DNA from: Malacoraja senta
Taxonomy: Eukaryota
Direction of reading: 5' to 3'
Assembly (NCBI GenBank): GCA_038087875.1
Contig: CM075987.1
Span: forward strand, 17,858,001-17,922,000
DNA: 64,000 bases
Shown here in pieces: positions 24,918 to 37,500 of the stretch. Numbering within the stretch: position 1 is the first letter of the stretch; each line of letters starts with the position of its first letter. The position numbers and the translations under genes are program-made. Under the pieces are notes generated by a model, which saw nothing but the letters and a program-made list of their open reading frames with translations, did not search any database and was not told the DNA's origin.

Positions 24918-25637
24918 GCAGCACATCACACTTATCAGCATTAAACTCCATCTGCCATATTTCAGCCCACTCTTCCAAATGGCCTAAATCTCTCTGTAGA
25001 CTTTGAAAATCTACTTCATTATCCACAACACCACCTCTCTTAGTATCATCTGCATATTTACTAATCCAATTTTCCACACCATCATCCAGATCATTGATGT
25101 ACATTACAAACAACAGTGGACCCAACACAGATCCCTGAGGCACCCCACTAGTCACTGGCCTCCAACCTGACAAACAGCCATCCACCATTACTCTCTGGCA
25201 TCTCCCATTCAGCCACTGTTGAATCCATCTTGCTACTCCACCATTAATACCCAACAATTGAATCTTCTTAACCAACCTTCCACGAGGAACCTTGTCAAAG
25301 GCCTTACTGAAGTCCATATAGACAACATCCACTGCTTTACCCTCATCAATTTCCCTAGTAACCTCTTCGAAAAATTCAAGAAGATTAGTCAAACATGACC
25401 TTCCAGGCACAAATAGTAAGATTAAACGAGAACTTACCAAGTTTGAAGTTTGATCTTTATTTTATGAGGAGTAACGTTGAGGGATTACGTGAAGAAGCCC
25501 CGTCCAGCCGCACACGCGTCAATCTTTCAAAGCAGCGGAGTGACAATCACAGACGATAATTACTGAAGTATGATAGTAAGATGCATAAAGACTTAGAACT
25601 ACCAGCTTGATCCTTTTATGAGGGTGGGAGCGGAGGG

Positions 25638-25751
25638 CACGTAATCCCTCAACGTTACTCCTCATAAAATAAAGATCAAACTTCAAACTTGGTAAGTTCT
25701 CGTTTAATCTTACTATCTTACTTCGGAGTCACGTGAGTGACTACGTGAAGA
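25638..25751. repeat. DIRS internal complementary region (ICR)
   Basis: About 25638-25716 is the reverse complement of 25413-25491, and about 25718-25751 is the reverse complement of about 32314-32347. Confidence 0.88.
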
Positions 25752-25984
25752 TTTCAAAGCTCTGTGATTTCACACCGTGGATTCAAATCCAGGTGTTCAC
25801 TGCATCGATTGACTCTATTTGAGTAAGCACAATCAACAATGCATAACCACAACATTTGAATGTAATCAGTTAATGGTTTTATTTATTTTAATAAAAATAA
25901 CTAAAATTAGGCCCATTTATAATGGGGGATTTAATACTGTATCCAGCACGGCATCACCAAACCCTCTGAGATCTTTAATCTCCT

Positions 25985-26900
25985 TGTGGTAATACTTGTG
26001 AAACATCTGTTCACTTGCCCATCCTGCGGCCGCGAGATTAAGGTCTATTGGCACGCTGAATCCCTGGCCGCTGATGTTGATGCCGCCCTCGAGGAATGAG
26101 ATTTAAATTTATCAGTATCAATACCTGAATATCTCAACACCTGTTTCAACCATCGTGAAATTGTTTGTGTTGATACTTTCTTATGGGGCTTTTTATGACT
26201 AATAAAAAATGCCAATTCGGCGCCTCTTAAAACTTTTGTTGTTTCTATGTAACATTTCACATATGTTACTACACACAGTCGTGAATCTGTAGGTAATGCT
26301 AAAAATTCCAACTTGCATCCTGTGGACCCAGGTCTACTTTGCTTCAGTAAATCATAGACATAGAATGTCACGGCATTTTGCCCTACTTTCATTCTATCAA
26401 TTCTGAGTTTCTGTAATGTTTGAACTCTCTGCGCTGAAACTAATGCCATGAGCATAACCAATTTCATGGTAATTTTGGATAATGACAGGGTTTCAACTGG
26501 ATTCCAACTCCTTAGGAACATCAGTACATCTTTTACATTCCAAATTTCTGTATACCTGGGTCTGGGAGGATTAGAGTTGAAATTCCTTTCATAAACCTAC
26601 AGACCCAAGGATGTTCTCCAATTGGAGTTTGTTCTGATTCACTGCTTAAATATGCAGAGAGTGCACTTCGTGCAGTATTAATTGCACTATAACTTAATTT
26701 CAATTCATAGTGTAGAGTTGAAAGAAACTCTATTACATCAGAAATTTCTACTGTGTTATATGCAATATTCTTTCCTGAACAAAACACCTCCCATTTCTTT
26801 ATATAGGAAATGTACTGCTACTGGGTACTATTCCTCCAGGCTGCTGTCATAACCTCCACCGTACGGTCTGATAATCCTTTTCCAAGATATGCCTTCTTAG
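25985..26900 (-). pseudogene. DIRS tyrosine recombinase
   Basis: LSYSAINTARSALS, LVSAQRVQTL, LKQSRPG, HSSR (HxxR) and downstream AGW...FHKYY; contains frameshifts. Confidence 0.85.
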
Positions 26901-28634
26901 AATCTGCAAATCAACAAACCAATACGATTATGTAAAGGATGTGATTCATTAGTCACAGGGTGTACAAGCAGTTCAATCTGCTTTGGAATAACCATAAGGG
27001 GGGTTTTGATCATTTTTAACACCAGTGGGTACCATACCTGTGTAGGCCAATCTGGTATTACCAAAATGCCTGAGGCTTGAATCTTGTTTAATTTTCTGTA
27101 TGCATTTGTGGATTAAACAAAATGGTGGAAAAGCATACAGAAACATACCACCCCAATGTAGCGAGAAAGCATCCACCACTTCTGCTCCAGGATCAGGTTC
27201 CCATGACACATACTTAGTCAACTGGTGGTTCAATCTTGATGCAACCAGATCAATTTCTGGCATTCCAAATTGTGTGATAATTTGTGTGAATATTTTCCGA
27301 TTTAACATCCATTCTGTATTATCATTAAATTTACGTGATCTTTTGTCTGCAATTGTATTAATTTTTACCTGGTAAATATATTGCTGACAGCCAAATTTTT
27401 CTGGCAATACCCCAGGTCCAAATTTCATTTGCCAATTTATCACATGATGCTGATTTTATACCACCCATGTGATTTATGTATGCTGCAGCTGTAGTATTGT
27501 CAACCTGTACCTGAACATGCACATTTCCCATATCAGTGCAATAAGCTGTAAGGCCGTAAAATGCGCCTAATAGCTCTAGATAATTGATTCCCAGATTTTC
27601 CAGCAAAGGTACTTCATTCACATTCCACCTACTTCCACAGCTGGAAATCATGTTAGTAGCGCCCCAACTCAGCACACTTACATCAGTCTGTAGAGTGACG
27701 GAAGGTGTTTCTACCAGAACTTTTCTGGAAGCATTAGAAACATTGTTAATCCACCATTCTATTTCTGTAATGGATTGAATTGTTAATTTCATGGGCCTGT
27801 CAAAATGCCCTCTATTCATTTTTAACGCTTGTACCTTAGCTCTCTGTAAACATTGATAATGCAATGGTCCAAACGTGACCGCTGGAAACCCTGCAATTAA
27901 TTTGCCTAGCAAACTTGCCACTTCTCTAATTGAAGGTGTGTCCTCGTTAATGGGTTTTATGCAACCTTCAATTAACTGCAGCTTTTTATCTTTTGGCAAA
28001 GTGATTACCATGTGTTCGGAGTTAATTGTGAACCCTAGGTAATCAATCTTTTTGCTTGGTAACAATTTAGATTTTTGTAGGTGAATAATGAAACCTAATT
28101 TCTCAAAATGTATTTGACTCTGGATACTGACAATTTTGCAGCAGCCAAAGTGTCCCCTACAATGAGGATATCATCTAAATAAGCCATTAATACATGGCCC
28201 TCAGCTCTTAACAGAGCTAAAATTTGGTTTGAGCAATTTAGTGAATAATCTTGGTGCTGAAATCAGACCAAGCAGAATAATATGCATTGTGCAGATCTAT
28301 GCTTGCCTTATAGCAATTCTTTTTCACTAGCTAAATGGCATTAGTAAATGTTTCCATTTTGAAATGTTTCTATTGTTAAGATTTGTCAGATCGGAAATGA
28401 TTCTATATCCACCATCCCTTTTCTAGGAGAATATTCCTAGGAGAATATTTGACACAAACTGATGGTGTTGTTCTCCTGACATTTATATCATCCTTTTCTG
28501 CATAAAGTTTTTCAATTCTCCTTTGATCAACCCATTCTCTTCCTTTGAGAAAATCCGTGACCAGTTTGAATTATGCTGAATTGGAGGATCCAAACGTGGA
28601 GATAACTCAATTTTGAATCCTACAATGCTACATA
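26900..28634 (-). pseudogene. DIRS RT, RNase H and adenine-methyltransferase-like region
   Basis: YLDD at about 28171-28182 (minus), LQTD, INYLEL, VDNTTA, YINHMGG, DLVASRLN and YAFPPF motifs. Confidence 0.85.
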
Positions 28635-30697
28635 GGAAGGTAGTGCATCCGTGGATAACAAGGGAAATCAGGGATAGTATCAAAGCAAAAGATGATGCGT
28701 ACAAATTAGCCAGAAAAAGCAGCATACCAGAGGACTGGGAGAAATTCAGAGACCAGCAGAGGAGGACAAAGGGCTTAATTAGGAAAGGGAAAATAGATTA
28801 TGAAAGGAAACTGGCAGGGAACATAAAAACTGACTGCAAAAGTTTTTATAGATATGTGAAGAGAAAGAGATTAGTTAAATCAAATGTAGGTCCCTTGCAG
28901 TCAGAAACAGGTGAATTGATCATGGGGAACAAGGATATGGCAGACCAATTGAATAACTACTTTGGTTCCGTCTTCACTAAGGAAGACATAAATAATCTGC
29001 CGGAAATAGCAGGGGGCCGCGGGTCAAAGGAGATGGAGGAACTGAGTGAAATCCAGGTTAGTCGGGAAGTGGTGTTGGGTAAATTGAATGGATTAAAGGC
29101 CGATAAATCACCAGGGCCAGATAGGCTGCATCCCAGAGTACTTAAGGAAGTAGCTCCAGAAATAGTGGATGCATTAGTGATAATTTTTCAAAACTCTTTA
29201 GATTCTGGAGTAGTTCCTGAGGATTGGAGGGTAGCAAACGTAACCCCACTTTTTAAGAAGGGAGGGAGAGAGAAAACGGGGAATTACAGACCAGTTAGTC
29301 TAACATCGGTAGTGGGGAAACTGCTAGAGTCAGTTATTAAAGATGGGATAGCAGCACATTTGGAAAGTGGTGAAATCATTGGACAAAGTCAGCATGGATT
29401 TACGAAAGGTAAATCGTGTCTGACGAATCTTATAGAATTTTTCGAGGATGTAACTAGTAGAGTGGATAGGGGAGAACCAGTGGATGTGTTGTATCTGGAC
29501 TTTCAGAAGGCTTTCGACAAGGTACCACATAAGAGATTAGGATACAAACTTAAATCACACGGTATTGGGGGTTCAGTATTGATGTGGATAGAGCACTGGC
29601 TGGCAAACAGGAAGCAAAGTGTAGGAGTAAACGGGTCCTTTTCACAATGGCAGGCAGTGACTAGTGGGGTACCACAAGGCTCAGTGCTGGGACCCCAGCT
29701 ATTTACAATTTATATTAATGATCTGGACGAGGGAATTGAAAGCAACATCTCCAAGTTTGCGGATGACACTAAGCTGGGGGGCAGTGTTAGCTGTGAGGAG
29801 GATGCTAGGAGACTGCAAGGTGACTTGGATAGGCTGGGTGAGTGGGCAAATGTTTGGCAGATGCAGTATAATGTGGATAAATGTGAGGTTATCCACTTTG
29901 GTAGCAAAAACGGGAAGGCAGACTATTATCTAAATGGTGGCCGATTAGGAAATGGGGAGATGCAGCGAGACCTGGGTGTCATGGTACACCAGTCATTGAA
30001 AGTAGGCATGCAGGTGCAGCAGGCAGTGAAGAAAGCGAATGGTATGTTGGCCTTCATAGCAAGAGGATTTGAGTATAGGAGCAGTGAGGTTCTACTGCAG
30101 TTGTACAGGGTCTTGGTGAGACCACACCTGGAGTATTGCGTACAGTTTTGGTCTCCAAATCTGAGGAAGGACATTATAGCCATAGAGGGAGTGCAGAGAA
30201 GGTTCACCAGACTGATTCCTGGGATGTCAGGACTTTCATATGAAGAAAGACTGGATAGACTTGGCTTATACTCGCTAGAATTTAGGAGATTGAGAGGGGA
30301 TCTTATAGAAACGTACAAGATTCTTATGGGGTTGGACAGGCTAGATGCAGGAAGATTGTTCCCGATGTTGGGGAAGTCCAGGACAAGGGGTCACAGCTTA
30401 AGGATAAGGGGAAAATCCTTTAAGACCGAGATGAGGAAAAACTTTTTCACACAGAGAGTGGTGAATCTCTGGAACTCTCTGCCACAGAGGGTAGTTGAGG
30501 CCAGTTCATTGGCTATATTTAAGAGGGAATTAGATGTGGCCCTTGTGGCTAAAGGGATCAGGGGGTATGGAGAGAAGGCAGGTACGGGATACTGAGTTGG
30601 ATGATCAGCCATGATCGTATTGAATGGCGGTGCAGGCTCGAAGGGCTGAATGGCCTACTCCTGCACCTAATTTCTATGTATCTATGTATCTATGTAT
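28635..30697 (+). mobile_element. CR1 family B, 5'-truncated, uninterrupted RT frame, inserted in DIRS
   Basis: 660-aa ORF 28613-30595 nearly identical to 9432-11393; (TATGTATC)n tail. Confidence 0.95.
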
Positions 30698-33600
30698 AGA
30701 ATAAATGAATCATTTGTTATTGATTGCCATTCTTTTAGGAAGAATCGTAACCCCCCCCCTATTTGTGAGTGTGAAACATTTGTTGTGTTTCTTACCAGAC
30801 CAAGCCCCCTAACCTCGGGGTTTGCCACCGGCAGTTGTTGTCCCCTTCTAGTAGGCACATTGTAACCTCCATGTATCCTCGGTGCAGCACGTCAACGTGT
30901 ATACGAGAATGATAGGATTGTTCCTTCTCCAGCACCACATTTCGCCTGTAGGGATACTGCCTTCTCACCGCTCTGCTCAGCATAGGTGATCCTTTAGTTT
31001 CTTTGCTCGATTTTCTCCAAAACAGATTTAGGCATTTGAATATTGCATGGTTTGCAGAGCCTGCATACTTAGGATGAATATTTGGTCTTATTGCATTTTT
31101 ATGAATACAATTTATTTCAAAGTGCGCACTACACATGAGTGCTACATTTTGTTGTGAATACGATATATAACCTTCATCCAAACCACTGACCCCAGAAATT
31201 TCAGCACTTGTGTAATTTCAATTCTTGTGAGCGTAAACCACTGCTCAAATTACCCATATCAAGTTTATTCACTGCTGTAACTGCTACAATTTCCCGGGTC
31301 TCATATTTTTTGATAGTCTCATCCATGGTTAATTCCTGGGCTGATGGGAGAGTAGATAATTTATAGTCATAGCTATTTCCTCTCTCAAAGGTTCCCCTGT
31401 TACTCGGGGAACAGCAAAGTTTTGTGCCAGCCTTGGAACATTTGTGGCTCTGATAATGGGCTCTGGTCCTTATTTAAATCATCATCTAAATCTAGATATT
31501 CATTTTTATGTTGGGTAATTTCTGGCTCCCCTGTTTCAGGTAAGTCTCTGCCAGATTCCCCCTGCGCGGGCTCTCTTGTAGGCCCACGGACAGACAGCCC
31601 TGCTTCAGGTGCTGCTGGCGCTGGCTCAATTCTAGGCCAACGCTTCATTATTTTTACTCTTTATATTTGTCGGTGCTGGCACATTTATCATTGCACGTTT
31701 GTGCTGCCTTTTGTTCAGGCATTTCTAGTACTGGCTCTCCAATAGGCCAACACATAACTTGCCTTTTTTCTGGCATTTTTGGGCACTGGCTCTCCTGTAG
31801 GCCAACCTCTTTAATGTTTCTGCACAGGCACTGATGGCTCTCCTGTAGGCCACCCTTGTGCCTGTTCCAAGGCACCTCCTGTGCTATACTTCATTGGCCA
31901 ACACTGACTTAAATCCTCCTGTGGGGGTTCTTTACAAATCATCTGCCCCATAAGGAGTTAAAACGTTTTTGACCCTTGCAGTGTAATACTCTTACCTGCC
32001 TGAGGAGGGCATACCTCCGGGTCTGACTCATCCGAGTCTACAGGTCGGGCCGATTTTTTTTTCTTTTTTTTTCTCAGCCTTGCGCCCGCCCGCGGCGGTT
32101 TAACGCACATTCGACCACAACGGGAGTTAATGGCTTCGCTGCCACTGACTCCCCTGACTGATGCCCGCTACCCTTAGGATCTGGGGTTTTACTACGGTGC
32201 GTCCCTGGCCTCTCCTTCCCATTTCTCGGCTGGAGGAGCTCCTGCTCCTCCACACACGGTCATGAACGCTATGCGTCTGATCGATAATGACGCGTGTGCG
32301 GCTGGACGGGGCTTCTTCACGTAGTCACTCACGTGACTCCGAAGTAAAATCCATGTTGACTGTTCCTAATCAGACCCTGTTTATCCAGATGATTATATAT
32401 ATATTATCTCTAAGTATCCTTTCCATTAATTTGCCCACCACTGACGTCAAACTAACAGGTCTATAATTGCTAGGTTTACTCTTAGAACCCTTTTTAAACA
32501 ATGGAATAACATGCGCATGTTTAATTGCCATGTTTAAATCTTTGGGGTTGATGCAAACCCGTAACTCATTCTTTGTTTTTCTTGGTGGTTACAACCATCG
32601 TGGAGACCCAGTCGGAGGGTTCGCTGACCTCGGCAATGACTCCGATAGAGACCACACGTTTCAGTTCGGTGTGTATTTCTTCCCGCTTGCCATGGGGAAC
32701 ATGATGGGGTGCTCGAACTACTGGTGTAACAGCACGGTCCACAGTGATTTTGTAAATCGTGGGCAGCTTGCCAAGTTTGTCATCGAACAAATCATTGTAC
32801 TGGGATAGCAACTGCTGAGTCGGCTCCTCTGTCAGACATAGTTTGTGAACTGCACGTCCGAAATAAACTAGTCCTAGGTCATCGCATGCACTGATGCCAA
32901 GCAAGGTTTCAGAGTTGCGTTGGACTATGTAGAACATTAGGTTTTTCGTTTGTTCATTGACAGTGCATTTCAGATCAGCTTTTCGCAGAGGGTGAAGGAC
33001 CTCTCCCCCTGTAGGCATGCAGTGTGGAGGAGTCCTTTTTCATCAGTTCAGTGCTCCTGATCTTGTTGAACTCTCTGAGTGACATTACGTTGGCCTTTGC
33101 ACCCATGTCCACTTTGGCGGTCAGGGCCTTGTCGTTCATCACCATGGTCGCTGCAGGGTCCAGCAGTTTGCCTGAAGAGCACAAGAGAGATAGTATGGCT
33201 GCATCATTGTCTGTGTTATCGGAATCAATCAATCCCGTGGGAAACATCGTCGTGTTCTTGAGAATCCGAGTCAGACAGCTCTTGTTGAAGCAGGTGCAGA
33301 TTTGTCCTTGAAGCAGTGTTCCCACGAGATCGACAACATGTTGCAAAGTGATTAAGCTTCTTGCAGTTATGACAAACTTTCCCATGGGTGACACAGATGG
33401 CGCCCCCTGGAGTGGAAATAATTGCAGTTGGGGCATCTTGTGGCAGGTACATTAGGATCTTTGTGAGGCACGTTTAAAAATTTCTGGCGGTAATAGTTGG
33501 CGAGGTTTGCGTTATGTTGCTGTTGAAGGCTGGCAGGGTCAAAATCTGCAAGTGGGGCCACGACCTCAGCCATGCGACACGAATGAATGGCTTGGCCTAA

Positions 33601-33807
33601 AGTCAGTTCAGTGTTCATAAGCAGTTCTGCTCTCAGCTTGCGGTCGCTCATTCCCCCCACAATCTTGTTGCGTACTAATTCATTAGTTAACTCACCAAAA
33701 CGGCATCGTGTAGCCATGTGTCGTAAGTCGCTGATAAATCGTTCTACAGGTTCGTCGACCTGCTGCTGTCGGGTGAAGAAACGTCTGATTGGCTAACATG
33801 CAATACA

Positions 33808-34418
33808 AGGAGCAAGGAGGTCCTACTGCAATTGTACAGCGCCCTCGTGAGACCGCACCTGGAGTATTGTGTGCAATTTTGGGCTCCTAATTTGTGGAAG
33901 GACATTATTGCTATTGAGGGAGTGCAGCGTAGATTCACCAGGTTAATTCCCGGGATGGCGGGACTGACATATGATGAAAGAATGGGTCGACTGGGCTTGT
34001 ATTCGATGGAATTTAGAAGGATGAGGGGATCTTATAGAAACATATAAAGTTCTTAGAGATTTGGACAGCGTAGATGCAGGAAACATGTTCCCAATGATGG
34101 GGGAGTCCAGAACCAGGGATCACAGTTTAAGTATAAGGGATAGGCCATTTAGGACTGAGATGAGGAAAAGCTTTTTCATCCAGAGAGTTGTGAATCTGTG
34201 GAATTCTCTGCCACAGAAGGCAGTAGAGGCCAATTCACTTCATGTTTTCAAGAGAGAGTTAGATTTAGCTATTAGGGCTAAGGGAATTAAGGGATATGGG
34301 GAAAAGCAGAATGGGGTACTGATTTTAGATGATCAGCCATGGTCATATTGAATGGCAGTGTAGGCTCGAACAGCCGAATGGCCTACTCCTGCACCTATTT
34401 TCTATGTTTCCATGTTTC
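33808..34418 (+). mobile_element. Older CR1 3' end, continuation of the fragment at about 14778-14988
   Basis: VRPHLEYCVQFW onward to the 3' UTR and (TATGTTTC) tail; collinear with the sequence left of the Gypsy LTR. Confidence 0.85.
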
Positions 34419-34563
34419 TCGTGGAGTGTCCCAGGGATAGCCAGAGAACTATTTGTGAGACACAATCATACACGTACAAAACCATGACAACTATCCCAAA
34501 CCAGCCCATGACCATCTAAATACATGTATATCTTAACCCTCAGAATGATCTGAGTAACTTTCC

Positions 34564-37500
34564 TTTTTTTTAAAAACTTTTATTTATTAGAAGTACATTA
34601 CATTACAACCACATACATTAGTACTCGTCACTTATGTCTTCTTACAATTAATGTACTCCATTTATTTTTTACACTAGAAAAGGAAAAGATTGACAGAAAG
34701 AAGAAAGTGAAGGAAAAAGTGAAAGTGTAGGAAATGTGACAACAAAAAAGGACGAAGACCCTATAAGAGCAAAATTAAAAACAAAAGAAAAAGAGTTAAG
34801 AAATAGACCCTAGGAAAGAAAGAGAAAGAGAAAGAGGAAAAAGAGAGAAACAAATATTTTTATGAGCATTACGTAAATGGGACATACCAACTCTTCAACT
34901 ATCATCCCCCCTTACCTGACCTCAAATTTTTTTTTTAAAGTACTTTTGCACCCTATGTTTGTAATAATTCTATAAATGCAGACCACGTCAGGTGGAAGTG
35001 ATCTGGTTTACCTGCTAGGAGGAGTCTTATCTCTTCTAGGTGTAATGTTTCAAACATATTTGAAATCCACATATTTATAGTTGGTATTGGAGCCTTCTTC
35101 CAAAATTTTAGAATTAGCTTTTTTCCAGTTATTAACCCATAGTCCATTAGTTTCTTTTGAAACACATTTAGTTCTGGACCATCTTCCGTTATACCGAAGA
35201 TAATCCCTTCTGCTTTGGGTATCAGTCTTGTTTTAAATAACTTTGTAAAGATTTCAAAAATTTCATTCCAAAATTTTTGAATTTTTGTACAGAAAACGAA
35301 TGAGTGCGCTATAGTAGCTTCTTGGGATTGACATTTATCACAAATAGATGATACGTTTGGGAAAATTTTATGAATTTTAGTTTTCGAATAATATAATCTA
35401 TGTAAAATTTTAAATTGTATTAAAGTGTGTCTTACATTAATCGAGCATTTATGCACGTTTAATAAGTATTCATTCCAACTTTCCTTTGAAATTTTAATAG
35501 CTAACTCTTGTTCCCAGTCTCTTCTGATACCCTCCGTAGATGGTATTTGTACATTTAAGATAATATTATACAAATATGATATTAAGTTTGCTGATTCCGC
35601 TTTTATCTGCATTGCCTCGTCCAATACATCTACTGGGTTATTATAATGATCTTTTGTATATTTTTTCAAATAGTCGCATATTTGAAAATATTTAAAATAT
35701 TGATTATTTCCGAGTTTATATTTTATTTGTAATTGTTGAAATGAAAGTAATTTTCCAGTTTCATACAAGTCACCAAGCGTTTTAATTCCTAGTCTATCCC
35801 ATTGTGTATAAGCTTTATCTATAATAGAAGGATTAAACGAAGGGTTATTGACTATAGGTAATAAAAGTGATAAATTTCTTAATTTTAAATTTTGTTTTAT
35901 TTGTTTCCAAATTCGGATTGTACTATGAATAATTGGGTTCTTATTATAATTTATGTTATTCAATTTCATTGGAGAAAGGAGGATCGCTCCAATGTTTCTA
36001 GAGGAGCAATCCTCTTTCTCCATTACAATCCAGTCCACTTGCTGGGCAGAGTTATCCATCAGTTGAATCATATTTTTAATATTTACTGACCAATAATAAT
36101 ACATAAAATTAGGTAGTGCTAAACCCCCTAATACTTTAGGTTTATTCAGATGAGTTTTTTGTATTCTATGTGATTTATAGTCCCATATAAAATTAGTGAT
36201 ATCTGAGTCGAGTTTTTTAAAAAACTTCTTTGGTAAGTATATAGGAATTGATTGAAATAGGTATAAAATTTGTGGTGAAAAGATCATTTTTATTGCGTTT
36301 ATTCGGCCTATTAAAGACATCGGGAGCGTTTTCCAGAATTTAATTAGTGTGTTTAATTTATTAGGTAGGGGGTCAAAATTTGCCCTAAACATACCTTGAT
36401 ATGTTCTGGTAATTTCGATTCCCAAATATTTAAATTTTTCTGTAGCTATTTTAAAAGGGAATTTTAAAAGATGTGTTGAATCTTTCGGTTTTATTGACAT
36501 AATTTCACTTTTATTCCAATTTATTCTATATCCAGAAAAAGATCCAAAGTCTTCAATTAAATTTAATATATTTGGTATAGTGATTCGAGGTTTTGTAATG
36601 TACAGTAATATATCATCCGCGTATAAAGATATTTTATTATATGAGTCTTTAGTATTATAACCATGGATATCAGGGTGTATTCTAATTTTTTCTGCTAGCG
36701 GTTCAATAATGAGAGCAAACAGCTGTGGTGATAATGAGCATCCTTGTCTATTTCCCCTTGATAGTTGAAATTTCGAGGATAATATGTTATTAGTTAGTAT
36801 TCTAGCTGTAGGTTTGTTATATAGTAACTTGATCCATAGAATAAAATTCTCCCCCAGTTGAAATTTTTGTAATACTTTGTCCATATAATTCCATTCTACT
36901 TGATCAAATGCTTTTTCAGCATCCAGCGAAATAATTGATAATTCTTGATCTTCAGATTTGTGTGAGTGCATTATGTTGAGTAGACGTCTCATATTGTTAG
37001 ATGAGTATCTCTTAGGGATAAACCCCGTCTGATCTGGGTTTATTAATTTACTAATGTATTTACTTAATCTTCTAGCTAATGTTTTCGCTAATATTTTTTG
37101 ATCTGTGTTTAACAATGCTATAGCTCTATATGAACCAGGTTCTTCTAATTCTTTATTTTTCTTAGGTATTAATGTAATCGTTGATTCCGCTAATGTATCA
37201 GGTAGTATTCGTTTTTTAAAAGCATATTGGTACATTTTTTGTAATCTTGGTATTATTTTATCATAAAAGCTTTTATAAAATTCATTAGTAAATCCGTCAG
37301 GGCCTGGTGTTTTTCCATTCTTTAGTGAGTTTATTGTATCTTCTAATTCCTTAATTGAGATTTGTGCACCCAGTTCCTCTTGTTCCTTCAGCTCTAACTT
37401 TGGAAGATTACAGGTATCCAAGAACTTTGTGATATTATTGGAATCAATTGTCGTTTTAGATGTATACAAATTCTCATAAAATTGCGCAAATCTTTTATTA

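Larger units (their letters stand above)
25411..32349 (-). mobile_element. DIRS1-type tyrosine-recombinase retrotransposon, full length but degenerate
   Basis: Inverted termini (about 25485-25521 and 32288-32324); internal complementary region about 25638-25751; YR, RT/RNase H and methyltransferase-like ORF pieces. Inserted at an AAAT site without TSD. Confidence 0.92.
24392..32518 (-). mobile_element. CR1 family A, 5'-truncated, hosting Rex1-like and DIRS insertions
   Basis: Tail remnant CCATATAAC at 24392-24400. RT pieces 24918-25413 and 32350-32517 are collinear with about 2230-2890. TSD GTTTAA at 24386-24391 and 32519-32524. Confidence 0.85.
14989..33807 (-). mobile_element. Degenerate Ty3/Gypsy LTR retrotransposon, split by an L1 (17571-24128) and a CR1/Rex1/DIRS stack (24392-32518)
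   Basis: Gag Zn knuckles near 33350-33450; protease VDMGAKANV; RT LDAKSSFWQI and RMPFGINSA; RNase H CDASQYGLGA and YAQIEKE; integrase TSSPEYPQSNGLAE. The host CR1 resumes at 33808. Confidence 0.9.

Noticed and set aside
26045..26787. Phage-integrase-like ORF suggesting a prophage or bacterial contamination
   Set aside because: It lies within a DIRS element with RT, RNase H, inverted termini and an ICR.
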